DNA of 64,000 bases, from the IMG/VR virus record IMGVR_UViG_3300032325_000464, positions 13,958 through 77,957 of that record; one strand, 5' to 3'. This document shows positions 47,953 to 59,339 of the stretch, one piece after another (the first letter of the stretch is position 1; each line of letters begins with the position of its first letter). Both the position numbers and the translations under genes were made by a program. Below the pieces are notes generated by a model, which was given only the letters and a program-made list of their open reading frames with translations, was not told the DNA's origin and did not search any database. This DNA is from a virus.

Positions 47953-50414
47953 CATTCAACCCTAGGAGATAAATGCCTTATTTCAAAGTACAAAGAGAAT
48001 ATACTAACTGGGAACAGATTACAGTTGAAGCTGATTCAAAAGAGCATGCAGAAGAGCTTGCAGAAGATGATGAGATATGGGATAATGCCTATGATGTAAA
48101 CTCATATAACTACACTGGAGATACATGGGTAGGAGAAGCAGATGAGTAAAAAGCACACGCATTACTATACTTATGGAGCCTGCACATGGTGCGGTAAGAA
48201 AATAAATAAAGGATTGGGCGTAGACCTATACAAGGGAAAGAGAGTCTAATGCAGATTTATGCTGACAAGAAGCCTAGCGTAAAAGATACTACTTGGACCA
48301 GGATCTATCACTACAACACCGTCCAGGTTATGGAGTCCGATCGCTACTACGACTTTTATAAGTTAGTTATTGATGGCCAGAGACCTAAGTATTTCTTTGG
48401 TGAGGCAGCGTGGATGGATTGCCAGAGAGCAGCTGTTGACAAAGTAGGCCTTTCAGGCTATAATATATTTAGAAGATAACCCTAAAAGAAAGAACCCCAA
48501 ATGCACGTATTACAATACATAGCAGTACAATCAGATGACCAAGACATGGCCTTTCGTACAGTCAAAGACACATTAGAATCAGAGCTGGGTGGTATTGAAT
48601 CTACGACTAACTCTTGGTTTGATTGGTTTGTAGCAGGTGGTGGTAGATTTGTAGAGGGCGACCCATATAAAGAATCTACTAATAATATAATCTCATATGA
48701 TGAAGACCCTAAGACGTTTCTCAAACAGGTTGAGGTTTCTATTGAATCTCGTATGGATGAGTTCAGGGCCTATCGCAAACAGTTTGAGGAAAAGAATGTT
48801 GACCTCAATGATAAGTTAGATAACTATAAAGGTATCATGAACTATGATTTTGAGCTGTACCCTTTGAAAAAGATGATTGATATGATTCAGGGTACATGGG
48901 ATTTCAATTCCTACTTCTATGACATGCACCACGCCAGTACTAACCCTGAACACATGTATAAGTCTATTGACACAGGCAACAAGAACTGGTATGCTGTACC
49001 TGTAGACTTTCACTTCTAAGGAGACCAAATGACTAACTATGTATCACTAACTTGGAAAGAATGGCAAGAGCGCTTCAAGCCTATCAAGAATCATTTTGCT
49101 AAGAACGACCCAGACCTAGAGATGTTTGAGACTTATGGCGAAGAGGTAGATTTTGTTATCTCTAAAGCCGAGGAAAATAAAGTTTGGACTTGGGGAGATG
49201 GAGACTTTGCTAGCTACATTAGCAATGGCTATCACTATGTAAATAGGATTGGCTATTATGTTTGTGAGGTTCCTTATGACGAGGATACCGAATACGAAAT
49301 AATCATAAGTACCGAAGAAGAGTGTAAGTGCTATCTTGAAGACGGCTATGACGACGGAGAGTATGGACGCTCAGACTGTGAAGAATGTGAGGGTAGTGGG
49401 TATGTCACAAGATACAATGATTAGAAACAAGAACAAGGATAAGACTGAGATTATCTATGACCTGAACATCTATCAGCTGGAGGACCTAGACGCCGATGGT
49501 GAGTATCGACACATGGGGCCATGGTACATTCATGTCTACGAATACGACGGTAGAACAACTGAGGAAGTTACAGCTCCTATAGAATTAACTGAAGATGAGT
49601 ATAACAGTCTTATTAGGGATGATTCATACTATGATGAGCTAGACGTCTGGTATGGCCTGCAAGGGTTTATCTTTGAAAAGTGGGATGTGCTCAGCGATCG
49701 TCTTAAGTATGCATTCGAATGCCTGCCCAAGTACAAGGAAGATGTTTTGTTCTAACCCTTGTGTTATCCCCCCATTTTTGATACAATAGAAGATTGTAAG
49801 TGAGTAGGAGTTATGCCTAGAAAAGAATCAGTAGAGCAGAAAATAGTAGCAAAAGTGTCCAACCTGATAAATGATTTGACCGTGGACTTAGAGCAGACAG
49901 GTATTTACTTTGGAAGAACAAATGGAACGACCTATCGTAGACTAATGACTATTGCCGAATCAGCAAAGTATGAGAGAGAAGAAGAAAAAGATGACTACAC
50001 CTATTGAGAATAAAACAGCAATCCTTGCGGACTTGTTTCTGAACTATCGAGATGACGAGGAGTTCACAGATTTTATTTCTTATAATGACATTGGACTTCC
50101 AGTAGCCTATGCGATTGATAATCAGATAGTAAAGGGAACTGAGATGTCTGACCAGTTTATCAATGAAACCTTTGAGTTGCTAATTGGGGCTTTGGGGATT
50201 GAGGACATTGGGTTTGAAACTTTAGATGAAATGTTTACCGAAGCACAATAACTAGATAATTTAAATAGGAGACAGCGTGGGTAGTTATAAAGGATACATC
50301 ACTTATAGATATCAGATCGAGGCAGACAGTCTTGAAGAGGCCTATGAAAAGATGTACACTGGTCAAGGCGAAGAGGTTGACTATGCCTCTGACGTACAAG
50401 AAGACGACGAGTAA
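47953..50414 (+). other. Run of small hypothetical genes (48249-48479, 48501-49019, 49029-49424, 49417-49755, 49813-50007, 49991-50251 and shorter ORFs)
   Basis: ORF track; tightly packed, acidic. 48501-49019 has WFDWFVAGGGRF...PVDFHF; 49029-49424 ends in CEECEGSG. Confidence 0.7.
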
Positions 50415-50779
50415 ATAATTAATAATTCCTAGTCCAGCGAAAGCTGGGCGCGGCCATCTATTTATCCTATTAGTCATAGCAATTTACGAAAAGACATTAA
50501 GAACCCTAAAAAAAATTTCCCAGAAACTTGACAATAAGGTTCATATGAGCTACAATTATATTACAAAATTAAAAAAGGTTTGGCAGGTTGAGTTTTGCTC
50601 CCTGTCATATAGTGATAGCACAACGGTCTAAGGGGTTGGACTGGCTATCACGAATAGGGGGAAGTTAGTATTTTTATAGATATTGGCTTCCCCCTTATTA
50701 TTTAATATAATGTTGAAATCTATTTATCAATACTATTACGATAGAATATATATTTTCCAAATCGAGGTATAATATATAT

Positions 50780-50992
50780 ATGAGCCCACGTAACTTTGAT
50801 AAAATAAGTAAGACACCTTTACCTCAAGAAACATTAGATCAGCTAAAGCCAGGTATGAACCTATGGTATGCCTTTACTACTATTACTGGTATAGATAAGA
50901 TCTTCTCATATACCCCAGATGAAATCAATACTAATCCTGTTAAGGATTCGCAAAGCGGTACAGATCAATCTGATATTAATTATTACTTTTAA
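50780..50992 (+). CDS. Small hypothetical protein (leaderless)
   Basis: GGTATAAT-6nt-ATG. Confidence 0.5.
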   Translation: MSPRNFDKISKTPLPQETLDQLKPGMNLWYAFTTITGIDKIFSYTPDEINTNPVKDSQSGTDQSDINYYF

Positions 50993-51535
50993 TCCCTAGT
51001 ATATATAACACCCCTAGTAGAAATACATAGGGGTTTTTAGCTATCTGAAATATGTGGATAAAACATATATGTTTCAATAAAAAAGATATGTGTTTATTTA
51101 AATAACATTACGATATGGCCATATTTTTCCCAGAAAGTTATACAAAAAATACTTGACATTTGGCCCTATGTGTGCTAGGAGATATTCTGCTATTGGATAT
51201 ATGGACAGAAGATTATGCGGAAAAACCATTACGTTTACGAAGATTATGCGTTCCATTATCCATAGTTTATTTCCTATTATATCTCTACAACATATCCCTA
51301 TATAATCAGTAAGATCTTTTAGCTAGATATCATCCATAAACATCATCTATAAAGCCCTGTGGGGCTTGTAGAAAGGTTTAAAAGCTGGGGGTATACATAT
51401 TATCGGTAAGGGCTTATATGTCGGATATGGGGATATCCAGCAAGCACTTTATCCTATTTCTTGAGTGTTATTAATGAGCCTAGGAGGGTTATTACTATCA
51501 TCCAAACCATCACGTTATCTAACATAGGGTATTCT

Positions 51536-51949
51536 TTATACTAGGGATTGTGAGGACATCTCTTGATACCCCGAAATTTTTGCTAGAAGGATTGCTTCTT
51601 GCTCTTTGAGCTTATACTCAACAAAGTCATTTACTGCTAGCTGATCTTCTTTAGTGTGTGATGAGTCTAGCACTAGGCTATTGTGTTCAAATTTAATCAT
51701 GTGTATAGTATAGAGCATTACGAAGCTCTTGTCAATACCCGCTTAAAGTTATATCTGCTAATTCCAGTGACCTGGATGTCTAAGTCCAGCTTCTCTGTGA
51801 ATTCTATTGTGCATCTCTTTAAGCTTACTAGGACCTAGCTCAATGGCTATAGTGTTGGCAAACATAGTTTTACATTCAGGACAATATAGATATTCTCTAT
51901 GTTCTGAGTCATACCTAACTTCAAATTCATCTTTGAAATGATCTGTCAT
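51536..51949 (-). other. Two small leaderless ORFs (51536-51700; 51758-51949 with CxxC...H..H)
   Basis: ORF track; TATACT/TATAAT-6nt-ATG. Confidence 0.55.
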
Positions 51950-52022
51950 ATGTACATTATACTAGATATTATTGTAGGTTTCAAGCCCCTATTTTATCTT
52001 TTATGTATGATAGAATAATCTC

Positions 52023-52286
52023 ATGAAAGAAATTATTCACTTTACTATCTCTGGCTCTACTGTTTGTGAACAGATGCAGCCAACCATAGATAAGCTACTA
52101 TCTAACTGTCCAGATATTCATTACACCAAAATCAATGTTGACGAGGATCCTAAGATGCACAGCTTTTACTCTGCTAAATACAACCTATCCCAATACCCTT
52201 CTTTTTTAGGTTTGGTAGATGGTAAGGTACAAGATGGACATATCGGATTTGCCCCTTTGCTTGTTTTAGAAGCTCTAGTTAATTAA
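52023..52286 (+). CDS. Thioredoxin-like protein (SxxC active site)
   Basis: IIHFT..GSTVCEQMQP...KINVDE...YPSF thioredoxin pattern. Confidence 0.7.
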   Translation: MKEIIHFTISGSTVCEQMQPTIDKLLSNCPDIHYTKINVDEDPKMHSFYSAKYNLSQYPSFLGLVDGKVQDGHIGFAPLLVLEALVN

Positions 52287-52347
52287 CCCATAGTGCTACG
52301 TTAGTAGCCTGGAGTGGGTTTAGTATCTCTTATTTACCGCCGAACTT

Positions 52348-52790
52348 TTACGCCCGAATTTTATATTTTTTATCTTGTTCGATTACAGTTTCCGCCCACC
52401 CCATCAATAGGCCCAAGGCAATGATCCCTGCAAATACAGCAAGGATGGCTAAAAAGAATGGGATAGTCGTTATGATGAACCAACCAAGTGCAGCCAAGAT
52501 TCCAATTCCCATTCCAATTATAGACACAACGCCCATCCAATAAATTATCTTAGCTGTCATTAGTTTCATTACTTTATCTCCCTAGGGTAATCAGCCATCC
52601 AGTAAAAGATAGCATCTATTTGTGTTGTTGTATTAGATAGTAGATCTACTATGTGTCCACCGTCTGCCCCGAAATCTTTTGTAAGGGTCTTGCGTAGGTG
52701 GTCAGTTAGATACTCTAAGTAATCGTCAATATCAAATTGTGTTTTCATTCTTTCCCCAATCTGTTTGTAGCCATGCTCTCTCGTGGACAT
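52348..52790 (-). other. Two small ORFs (two-TM protein 52348-52569; hypothetical 52569-52790)
   Basis: ORF track. Confidence 0.55.
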
Positions 52791-52944
52791 AGTATAGAAT
52801 AAAGTTAATTATGTTAGATACTATAGTTAGTGATAGTGCAAATGACCAACTGCTTGTCATAGCATAACCAATTAGAAGAGTGCTAATAATAGCTATTGCT
52901 CTCCAGGTTAATGATTTGGCAAGTGATCGTCTTTTACTTATCAA
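52732..52944 (-). CDS. DUF2061-like membrane protein
   Basis: RSLAKSLTWR...YYVHERAW...WG. Confidence 0.75.
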   Translation of the reverse strand: MISKRRSLAKSLTWRAIAIISTLLIGYAMTSSWSFALSLTIVSNIINFILYYVHERAWLQTDWGKNENTI

Positions 52945-53040
52945 ACTAAAGCCTTTTGTTTATTGCAATGATGATTGCAGCAATAATGATACCTGCAAGA
53001 TAGGCCCAACCACTGCCAAACACTTCTCTCAGCGGATCCA

Positions 53041-53268
53041 TTAAGACATCTCCTTTTCATCGGATTTCCAGTGTAGGTACGATTTAATATATACCGCAGC
53101 ATATGCAACAGCAGAAACAATAAACCCGTACTGCTCTGTTATTAGTGCATAGGCAATCCAGATAGTCTCATTAAACAGCAAGACAAGCCATCCCCAGATA
53201 GTCTTCTTCCCTACAAAGTATATTCCAGACACACCAATGGCGGCAAGTATCCATGACCAGTATTCCAC
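53041..53268 (-). CDS. PnuC-like three-TM membrane protein
   Basis: G.K.IWGW...NE.IWI.YA...QYG...YLHW. Confidence 0.55.
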   Translation of the reverse strand: MEYWSWILAAIGVSGIYFVGKKTIWGWLVLLFNETIWIAYALITEQYGFIVSAVAYAAVYIKSYLHWKSDEKEMS

Positions 53269-53270
53269 AT

Positions 53271-53912
53271 CTACTCCTTATGCCATATTTCTAGACCCAT
53301 ATATAGGTTTAGTATCTTAAGGGTAATTGATCTATCATACAAGCTAATAGTTGCTGAAATACCCCAATCATCTGCCCTGCCTACATAAAAGCAAACAACG
53401 TTAAATAGCACAAGGCTTCCCGATAGTCCCCAAGGACTCTTTTCAATCTTAATCCATTTAGCCATTTGTCCACTCCTCAATATAGCTTTCAATTAGATTT
53501 GCAAACTCCTGACAGTTGTCAGCCTTACCACAATGCCTTAAGTCATCCACACGATCTTTGATGTTTTTGTTAATGCGTTCACGCTCATCCAAAGTTCCAG
53601 CCTGGTATCCAAGATTAAAGTCTGCCATGTCGTCGTGCTTTAAAAAATGTGTTTTAGCCATTATGCCATTTCCATCTCATCGAAGTCTTCTTTACGTGCA
53701 ACGTAAGTAGTCTTAAAATCTAGTGATCTGCCCCAGACTATAATCTCTGGCACTAGAGGATGCATAAAATACCCCTGGCCCTCAAGCTCTTTAATTATCT
53801 TATTGTTGTTCTCTATTAGGAACAAAGGCTCAAGGCTGTCCCACTCCATCTCGTATTCAACGTTGCCAGTACACACTAAGGTGGTAGGTTTATTACTGAT
53901 TAATAGCTTCAT
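53271..53912 (-). other. Three small hypothetical ORFs (53271-53492, 53458-53661, 53661-53912)
   Basis: ORF track, coupled starts and stops. Confidence 0.55.
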
Positions 53913-53951
53913 AAATAAAGTATATAGCCCAAAGAGGTATTTGTCAATAGG

Positions 53952-54668
53952 TTAGCGGTATTTTGCTATTGCAATCTCAAAAAGATTATTAAGGCTACTA
54001 ATGTCTGAATCATAGTCCTTAAGGCTATTCTTAACATTTTCATAGAGTGGGTCTAGATCTCTGGGGGTATGGCCCGTCTTAGCAAAGTCATCCGCACCTT
54101 TGTAGTATGGAGAGATTATGCTCCTAGTATGCTTCAGGATGTCTTCATTAGAATTATAAACCCTGGGTGGTAGACCATATCTAGATGCTAGTCTATCTAA
54201 TACTTCATTTACATTTTCAACAGCATCCTGGAATGGTATCACAAACACGTTGTTGTTTTCTATAACTGCCGTAATAGATTGTCTGTATGCACGTATACTA
54301 TTTTCTATATCTTTAAAGTGAGATAAATTTTCTTTAGCATTGGCAAATACCGTCCAGGAAACTATGGCATCCTCTGGCTTTCTTACCATTGAGACAATTG
54401 GAGTATCTTTTCCTGCATTCTCAATGTCCATTGGATCATGACTATGACTTTTGATAATCATGTCTGGCCATGACAACCTTAAAGCAATATGCATAAAGGT
54501 GTTGCCAGAGCGTGGAAAGCTCTCCAGAATAAGGTCTGGAGCTTTGTCCAAGCCATCTACTGGTCCAAGGCCACCAGCTACTGGCCCAAGGCCTTGCAAT
54601 ATTTTTTTAAATCCAGGGGGCCGCTCGGCACTTAAGTTACTATTTTCTGATGGTGAAGAGTTTATCAT
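53952..54668 (-). CDS. Sulfotransferase-like protein 1
   Basis: 5'-PSB-like SFPRSGNTF and 3'-PB-like VRKPEDAIVS. Confidence 0.7.
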   Translation of the reverse strand: MINSSPSENSNLSAERPPGFKKILQGLGPVAGGLGPVDGLDKAPDLILESFPRSGNTFMHIALRLSWPDMIIKSHSHDPMDIENAGKDTPIVSMVRKPEDAIVSWTVFANAKENLSHFKDIENSIRAYRQSITAVIENNNVFVIPFQDAVENVNEVLDRLASRYGLPPRVYNSNEDILKHTRSIISPYYKGADDFAKTGHTPRDLDPLYENVKNSLKDYDSDISSLNNLFEIAIAKYR

Positions 54669-55079
54669 TAAACATTTTGCCTTACGGCTGCAATTCCCTC
54701 AGACAATTCATACATAGGTGTGCACCTATCATGTTCGCATTTACCGTCCGCATTAAAGTCCTCACAAATTTGTGCAGACAAAAGTTTTACTACAATTTTA
54801 AGTGCATCTTTAAATCCATTATTATATTGATCTTTTCCAATATTTTCAAAATCTGACAACTTCATGTTTGCTAAATTATTAAGATTCACTATTGCCCCTT
54901 TTGCTAGTCACAGAATATGTTTCGTGACATCCGTAGCAGTAGTGAGTAGGAAGATTATTTAAAAATGGGCGGCCTGCGATAGCAATATCTTCGTTTCTAG
55001 CCATATTAATTAATTTAGACGATGGCTTACCATAGATTATGTTAACTAGCTCGTAGTTACAGTTTGAACAATTATTCAT
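54668..55079 (-). other. Two small Cys-containing ORFs (54668-54889, 54879-55079)
   Basis: ORF track; CSNC...IIYG.P...CYGC. Confidence 0.55.
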
Positions 55080-55098
55080 AATAATAGTATATCAAACA

Positions 55099-55713
55099 AT
55101 GCCTCAAAAATATAGCAAAATGGCCAATATTTCAAATATGATATACTTATTTTATAAAATAGAAAGAAAAGTTGTGCAAATAAATTTAGTTACGTACCCA
55201 AGATCTGGCTCTAGATTTTTAAGAGATTTAATCAATCAATCTGCAAACCCAAACGATTTGAGATTAGAGTTTAATCATACACCAGGATACTATGACCCAG
55301 AACATTTAACCGTATCGGTGGTTAGAAACCCATTTGATGCAATTCTTTCTTTGGTAAGCATGGATATTCATCATTTTCCAGATAATGACATAGAAGATTT
55401 GATAAAAAAAAGAATTAACTTCTATATCTTATTTAATAAGGATATATTGGAAAATTTTGATATGTGGTTTAATTTTGACTTTTTGATTAATAATCCGAGC
55501 AAGGTGGTAGACATTATTTTTAAAAGGGCAGGCATAAAAAGATCTGGCTTCGAATACATTGACATGATAGTTGATCGCCCAGACAAAAGAAACTTAAAAA
55601 CATCAAAAACTTCACCATATTTCAATGAGGTTAAGGATATTTTAAAGCTTTATGATTTATCAAAGTGCGAAGATCTTTACAGAAAACTAATAGATTTATC
55701 GATAAAGGAATAG
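55099..55713 (+). CDS. Sulfotransferase-like protein 2
   Basis: TYPRSGSRFL and VRNPFDAILS; true start probably GTG 55174. Confidence 0.7.
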   Translation: MPQKYSKMANISNMIYLFYKIERKVVQINLVTYPRSGSRFLRDLINQSANPNDLRLEFNHTPGYYDPEHLTVSVVRNPFDAILSLVSMDIHHFPDNDIEDLIKKRINFYILFNKDILENFDMWFNFDFLINNPSKVVDIIFKRAGIKRSGFEYIDMIVDRPDKRNLKTSKTSPYFNEVKDILKLYDLSKCEDLYRKLIDLSIKE

Positions 55714-55717
55714 TCCA

Positions 55718-56317
55718 GTGAAAGATCCAGCTAAATTGTTTTTAACAACCTACCCAAGATGTGCCTCAAACTTTTTTGTAGACTATCTGGAACAAGCCTA
55801 TGGCGTAGTGTTTACTAGACATTTTAGTGGGGCTAGGGTGGGGGTGGCAATTCCTGGTAATCCAAACTTTATAAAAACCCACAGCATGGATAAAAATCAA
55901 AAGAACCAAGTTAGTATTATTAGAGACCCAGCCGAAAGCCTAGTGTCCATTATGGCCATGGAAAATACCTTTTTTGAAAGAAGCCTTCTAGAAATTGCTC
56001 ATAGTCGACTTATTGAATACATTGAGTACTATTCGTATCTTCTAAAATATGTTGACATTATTTACACATATGAAGATGTAAGTCAAAAAACAAAAATGGT
56101 TGCAGAAGATATTGCAAAAAGACTTAAAATAAAAATAATAGATTATGAATATGTAAGTGGGACAGATCGTAACCACACTAGCAATACTAACGTTAGTTCA
56201 TCTAAAACATTGCCAAATTACGAAGACTCTATCGCCACATTGCCATCATTGGACCATTTACTTTTTACTGCCAAACTAATCTATGATATGGTAAAAGAAA
56301 AAGCAATCGCAATTTAG
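55718..56317 (+). CDS. Sulfotransferase-like protein 3
   Basis: TYPRCASNFF, IKTH, IRDPAESLVS. Confidence 0.68.
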   Translation: MKDPAKLFLTTYPRCASNFFVDYLEQAYGVVFTRHFSGARVGVAIPGNPNFIKTHSMDKNQKNQVSIIRDPAESLVSIMAMENTFFERSLLEIAHSRLIEYIEYYSYLLKYVDIIYTYEDVSQKTKMVAEDIAKRLKIKIIDYEYVSGTDRNHTSNTNVSSSKTLPNYEDSIATLPSLDHLLFTAKLIYDMVKEKAIAI

Positions 56318-58245
56318 CGATGCTCGTGATATATCTCGGCATCGTGAATGATATAGACATTGCCGTAGCCCTTGTCATGAAAGCTCTGACACACCACAAC
56401 CATCTCGCAGTCAAAATCGTTATTTACTTTATTAATCCATCCGTATCTAATTCCTTCACGGAATGGCTCTGCTCTATATAGACATATACCATTAGAAGTA
56501 GAATAATATCTATCATATGACCTCATCCTATAGTCATCAGGTATTGGATACGTACCCTCTTCATATAGTGGCTGTTTCCTGGTTGCCCACTGATCGTACA
56601 GTCTTCTATTACGAATAGTAAAACCAGAAACTATGTCAAAGTCTGGTACTACGTTCTTAAAGTTTAATATCTTTGCAACTACATCCATATCAAACTCAAC
56701 ATCAGCCTCAACCATCATTACATAATCTACAAATGATAGAAAGCCACCTGCCTCAATTGCCTTGTTTCTAGCCATAGAAAGGTTTTTAACCCTCTCGGCG
56801 GCCTTAACTGACCCAAAGTATTCCGTTGCTATGTCCTCTGATATAATAGATACCCCAGAAAAAGCAGACCAATCTTTATTTAAAATCTTTTGCTTAGTTC
56901 CATCGGTTGAATCATTTTCATATATAGATAGATAGAATTCAAATTGTGGGAATGTGCGTACAATATCGTTAAGCTTACTGTAATAAGAATTTATATATTT
57001 ACTTTCATTTCTAATAATAGAATAAAGCAATATTTTTTCTCTTTTTTCTTGAGTGAGCTCATCTTTTGTGTTAATTATATTCTTTGTTTTTTTATTATTA
57101 ATCATACTTTCGATAGCTTCGGTAAAATCATTACCAATCTTTTCCCAGTCATACTTCTGAGACAACTCTAGTGAATTAAAAGACATGTCCATGTAGGTCT
57201 TTTTATTAGAAACAGTTTTAATTGCTTTTGCCATATCCTCAATTTTATCTGCAACCACCATGCATGCATCTTTTTCAGCCTTAGAAAATCCTCTGGCACC
57301 AATAGATGAGGTTATGATTGGCAATCCGTAGCTTAGTGCCTTCATCATTTTTAGATGAGTTCCAGATCCAGATGTCATTGGATTTATAAAAGCAAAAGCA
57401 TTAGCAAACATATCGTCCACCTCATCATTGCTTATTTGTTTTATTTTAATTACATTGCTTGTGTGTGGGAGATGGTCGATCCCACCAACACAGCTACCAG
57501 CAATAACAAAGTTATACTCTGGCACTATGGCAGCAAGCTCTAGCAATTCTTTTGCTGCAATCACGTTTGGCGGATGTCCGCTACCAACAAAGACAACATT
57601 CTTAGAGTCAATATTTTTACCAAAAACAACATCTGGCAGATACCTGGCACCATTAGGAATATAAAATGTTGGCTTATCTATAATAAAATACTTCTTCATT
57701 AAGTCAAAGTCGTCTTTGGAGCAGTATCCGATGGCGTCTGAACGATGAATAATGCTTTTCTCTGTCTCATTAATAAACCTAATGTCATCAGAATTTTTGG
57801 GAAACATCTGCTTTGCAAGGTCTGTTTCACAGTTTTGAGAAGAATAAAATATTGGAATGTTTTTGTTATTAAGATATTCGGTTAGTGGTGCTGTTGCATA
57901 GTGATCTACAACAATAGCATCGTGCGTGTCTGCCAACTCATTTAGCTTTGCCCTATACCTCTTGAAATACTTCTTAAAATAACTAATTAATGTGTCATTA
58001 TTAGGTTTTTTTAGTGTGGTCCTTCTGGTCTTTGCAGTTTTGACCACTTCTGGCTCTACCGCAACTGAAATGTGCGTAATCCCGTCGACAACCTTTTCAA
58101 AAGATTCACCAGACCAGCTTAGGGATAGTAGTGTGACGTTGTGCCTTTTGGATAGGGATGTTGTAAGTCTAATTAAACGCTGCTTACCGCCATGATCTTC
58201 CAGAAAAGGCTCTGGCGTGGCAGATAATATTAATATTTTAGACAA
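56314..58245 (-). CDS. Two-domain glycosyltransferase (GT-B/GT4-like fused to GT-A)
   Basis: N-part FVGS.HPPN...GSGTHLKMM.ALSYGLPII...YDW; C-part IRNE...YENDSTDGT...ARNKAI...EAD. Confidence 0.82.
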   Translation of the reverse strand: MSKILILSATPEPFLEDHGGKQRLIRLTTSLSKRHNVTLLSLSWSGESFEKVVDGITHISVAVEPEVVKTAKTRRTTLKKPNNDTLISYFKKYFKRYRAKLNELADTHDAIVVDHYATAPLTEYLNNKNIPIFYSSQNCETDLAKQMFPKNSDDIRFINETEKSIIHRSDAIGYCSKDDFDLMKKYFIIDKPTFYIPNGARYLPDVVFGKNIDSKNVVFVGSGHPPNVIAAKELLELAAIVPEYNFVIAGSCVGGIDHLPHTSNVIKIKQISNDEVDDMFANAFAFINPMTSGSGTHLKMMKALSYGLPIITSSIGARGFSKAEKDACMVVADKIEDMAKAIKTVSNKKTYMDMSFNSLELSQKYDWEKIGNDFTEAIESMINNKKTKNIINTKDELTQEKREKILLYSIIRNESKYINSYYSKLNDIVRTFPQFEFYLSIYENDSTDGTKQKILNKDWSAFSGVSIISEDIATEYFGSVKAAERVKNLSMARNKAIEAGGFLSFVDYVMMVEADVEFDMDVVAKILNFKNVVPDFDIVSGFTIRNRRLYDQWATRKQPLYEEGTYPIPDDYRMRSYDRYYSTSNGICLYRAEPFREGIRYGWINKVNNDFDCEMVVVCQSFHDKGYGNVYIIHDAEIYHEHR

Positions 58246-58304
58246 TATAAACTCCTAAATACAAGTGTATCATATGATATACTTTTTATTAGATTGGATT
58301 ATAA

Positions 58305-59339
58305 ATGAAAAAAGCTTTAATCACAGGCATAACTGGACAAGATGGTTCATACTTAGCCGAATTACTATTGAACATTGGTTATGAGGTTCATGGACTAGTT
58401 AGACGATCGTCAATAGATAACTTTACAAGAATAAAATATATTCTGGATAATGATAGCTTGTTTCTTCACCAAGGTGATTTGACTGATTCTGGATCGATAA
58501 CCAATCTAATTAAAATAATTGAACCAGATGAGATATATAATCTTGGTGCTCAGAGCCATGTTCAGATATCATTTGATACCGCAGAGTTTACTGCCAATAC
58601 AGATGCACTTGGCCCACTAAGAATTCTAGAGGCAATTAGAGTTTTAGGATTAAAAGATAAGACTAGGTTTTATCAAGCATCTACCTCTGAAATGTTTGGA
58701 GAGGTTCAGGAAGTTCCGCAAAAAGAGACTACCCCGTTTCACCCTAGGTCTCCGTATGGGGTTGCCAAGCTTTATGGACACTGGATTACCAAAAACTACC
58801 GTGAGTCTTATGGAATGCATGCCTCTAGTGGAATCCTCTTTAACCACGAGAGTCCTCGTCGTGGAGCAAATTTCGTTACCAGCAAGATCGTTCTTGGCTT
58901 AAATAATATTGTGAATGGTAAACAAGACATGCTTGAACTTGGGAATCTAGACGCTATGCGTGACTGGGGTCATGCAAAGGATTTTGTCTATGCTATGTGG
59001 TTAATGCTACAACAAGATGAACCTGGAGACTATGTCATCTCTACAGGAGAGCAGCACTCCGTCAGGGAATTTATCGAAAAAGCTGGAACACACTTTGGCA
59101 TGAAAATCTGGTGGAAAAATGAAGGCCTGAATGAAATAGGATTTGATGCAAATACTGGTAAAGAGATTATTAAGATTAATCCTAAATTCTTTAGGCCAGC
59201 AGAAGTAGAAACTCTACTAGGAGACTCTAGGAAGGCCTCAGAGGCCCTAGGATGGGTTAGAAAACGTTCTTTTGACGATTTAGTAGCTGATATGTGCATC
59301 AATACACCAAAGGTATTCCCAGACCATATTGGAGAGTAG
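58305..59339 (+). CDS. gmd: GDP-mannose 4,6-dehydratase
   Basis: [59 protein letters not shown]. Confidence 0.96.
   Translation: MKKALITGITGQDGSYLAELLLNIGYEVHGLVRRSSIDNFTRIKYILDNDSLFLHQGDLTDSGSITNLIKIIEPDEIYNLGAQSHVQISFDTAEFTANTDALGPLRILEAIRVLGLKDKTRFYQASTSEMFGEVQEVPQKETTPFHPRSPYGVAKLYGHWITKNYRESYGMHASSGILFNHESPRRGANFVTSKIVLGLNNIVNGKQDMLELGNLDAMRDWGHAKDFVYAMWLMLQQDEPGDYVISTGEQHSVREFIEKAGTHFGMKIWWKNEGLNEIGFDANTGKEIIKINPKFFRPAEVETLLGDSRKASEALGWVRKRSFDDLVADMCINTPKVFPDHIGE

Larger units (their letters stand above)
40346..50455 (+). repeat. Ten co-oriented (G/T)(G/A/T)GCGCGG(G)C(C/A) elements between gene units, mostly preceded by a hairpin
   Basis: GCGCGG cores at 40348, 40936, 41650, 42473, 43363, 44444, 45423, 46660, 47853, 50448. 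Confidence 0.92.

Noticed and set aside
40346-50455. CRISPR or classical integron interpretation of the repeat array
   Set aside because: Repeats are only ~10 bp with 0.6-2.6 kb gene-containing intervals. There are no cas or intI genes and no RYYYAAC/GTTRRRY attC ends, and the cassettes carry their own promoters.
38430-52350. AA(G/A)TTCG(G)CGG-like words at ~38433, ~38469 and inverted at ~52336
   Set aside because: Only three loose copies, so chance cannot be excluded without homologues.
54612-54632. Minus-strand GAGCGGCCCCC resembling the cassette motif
   Set aside because: Single degenerate copy inside an ORF, without the hairpin or a downstream TGTC promoter.
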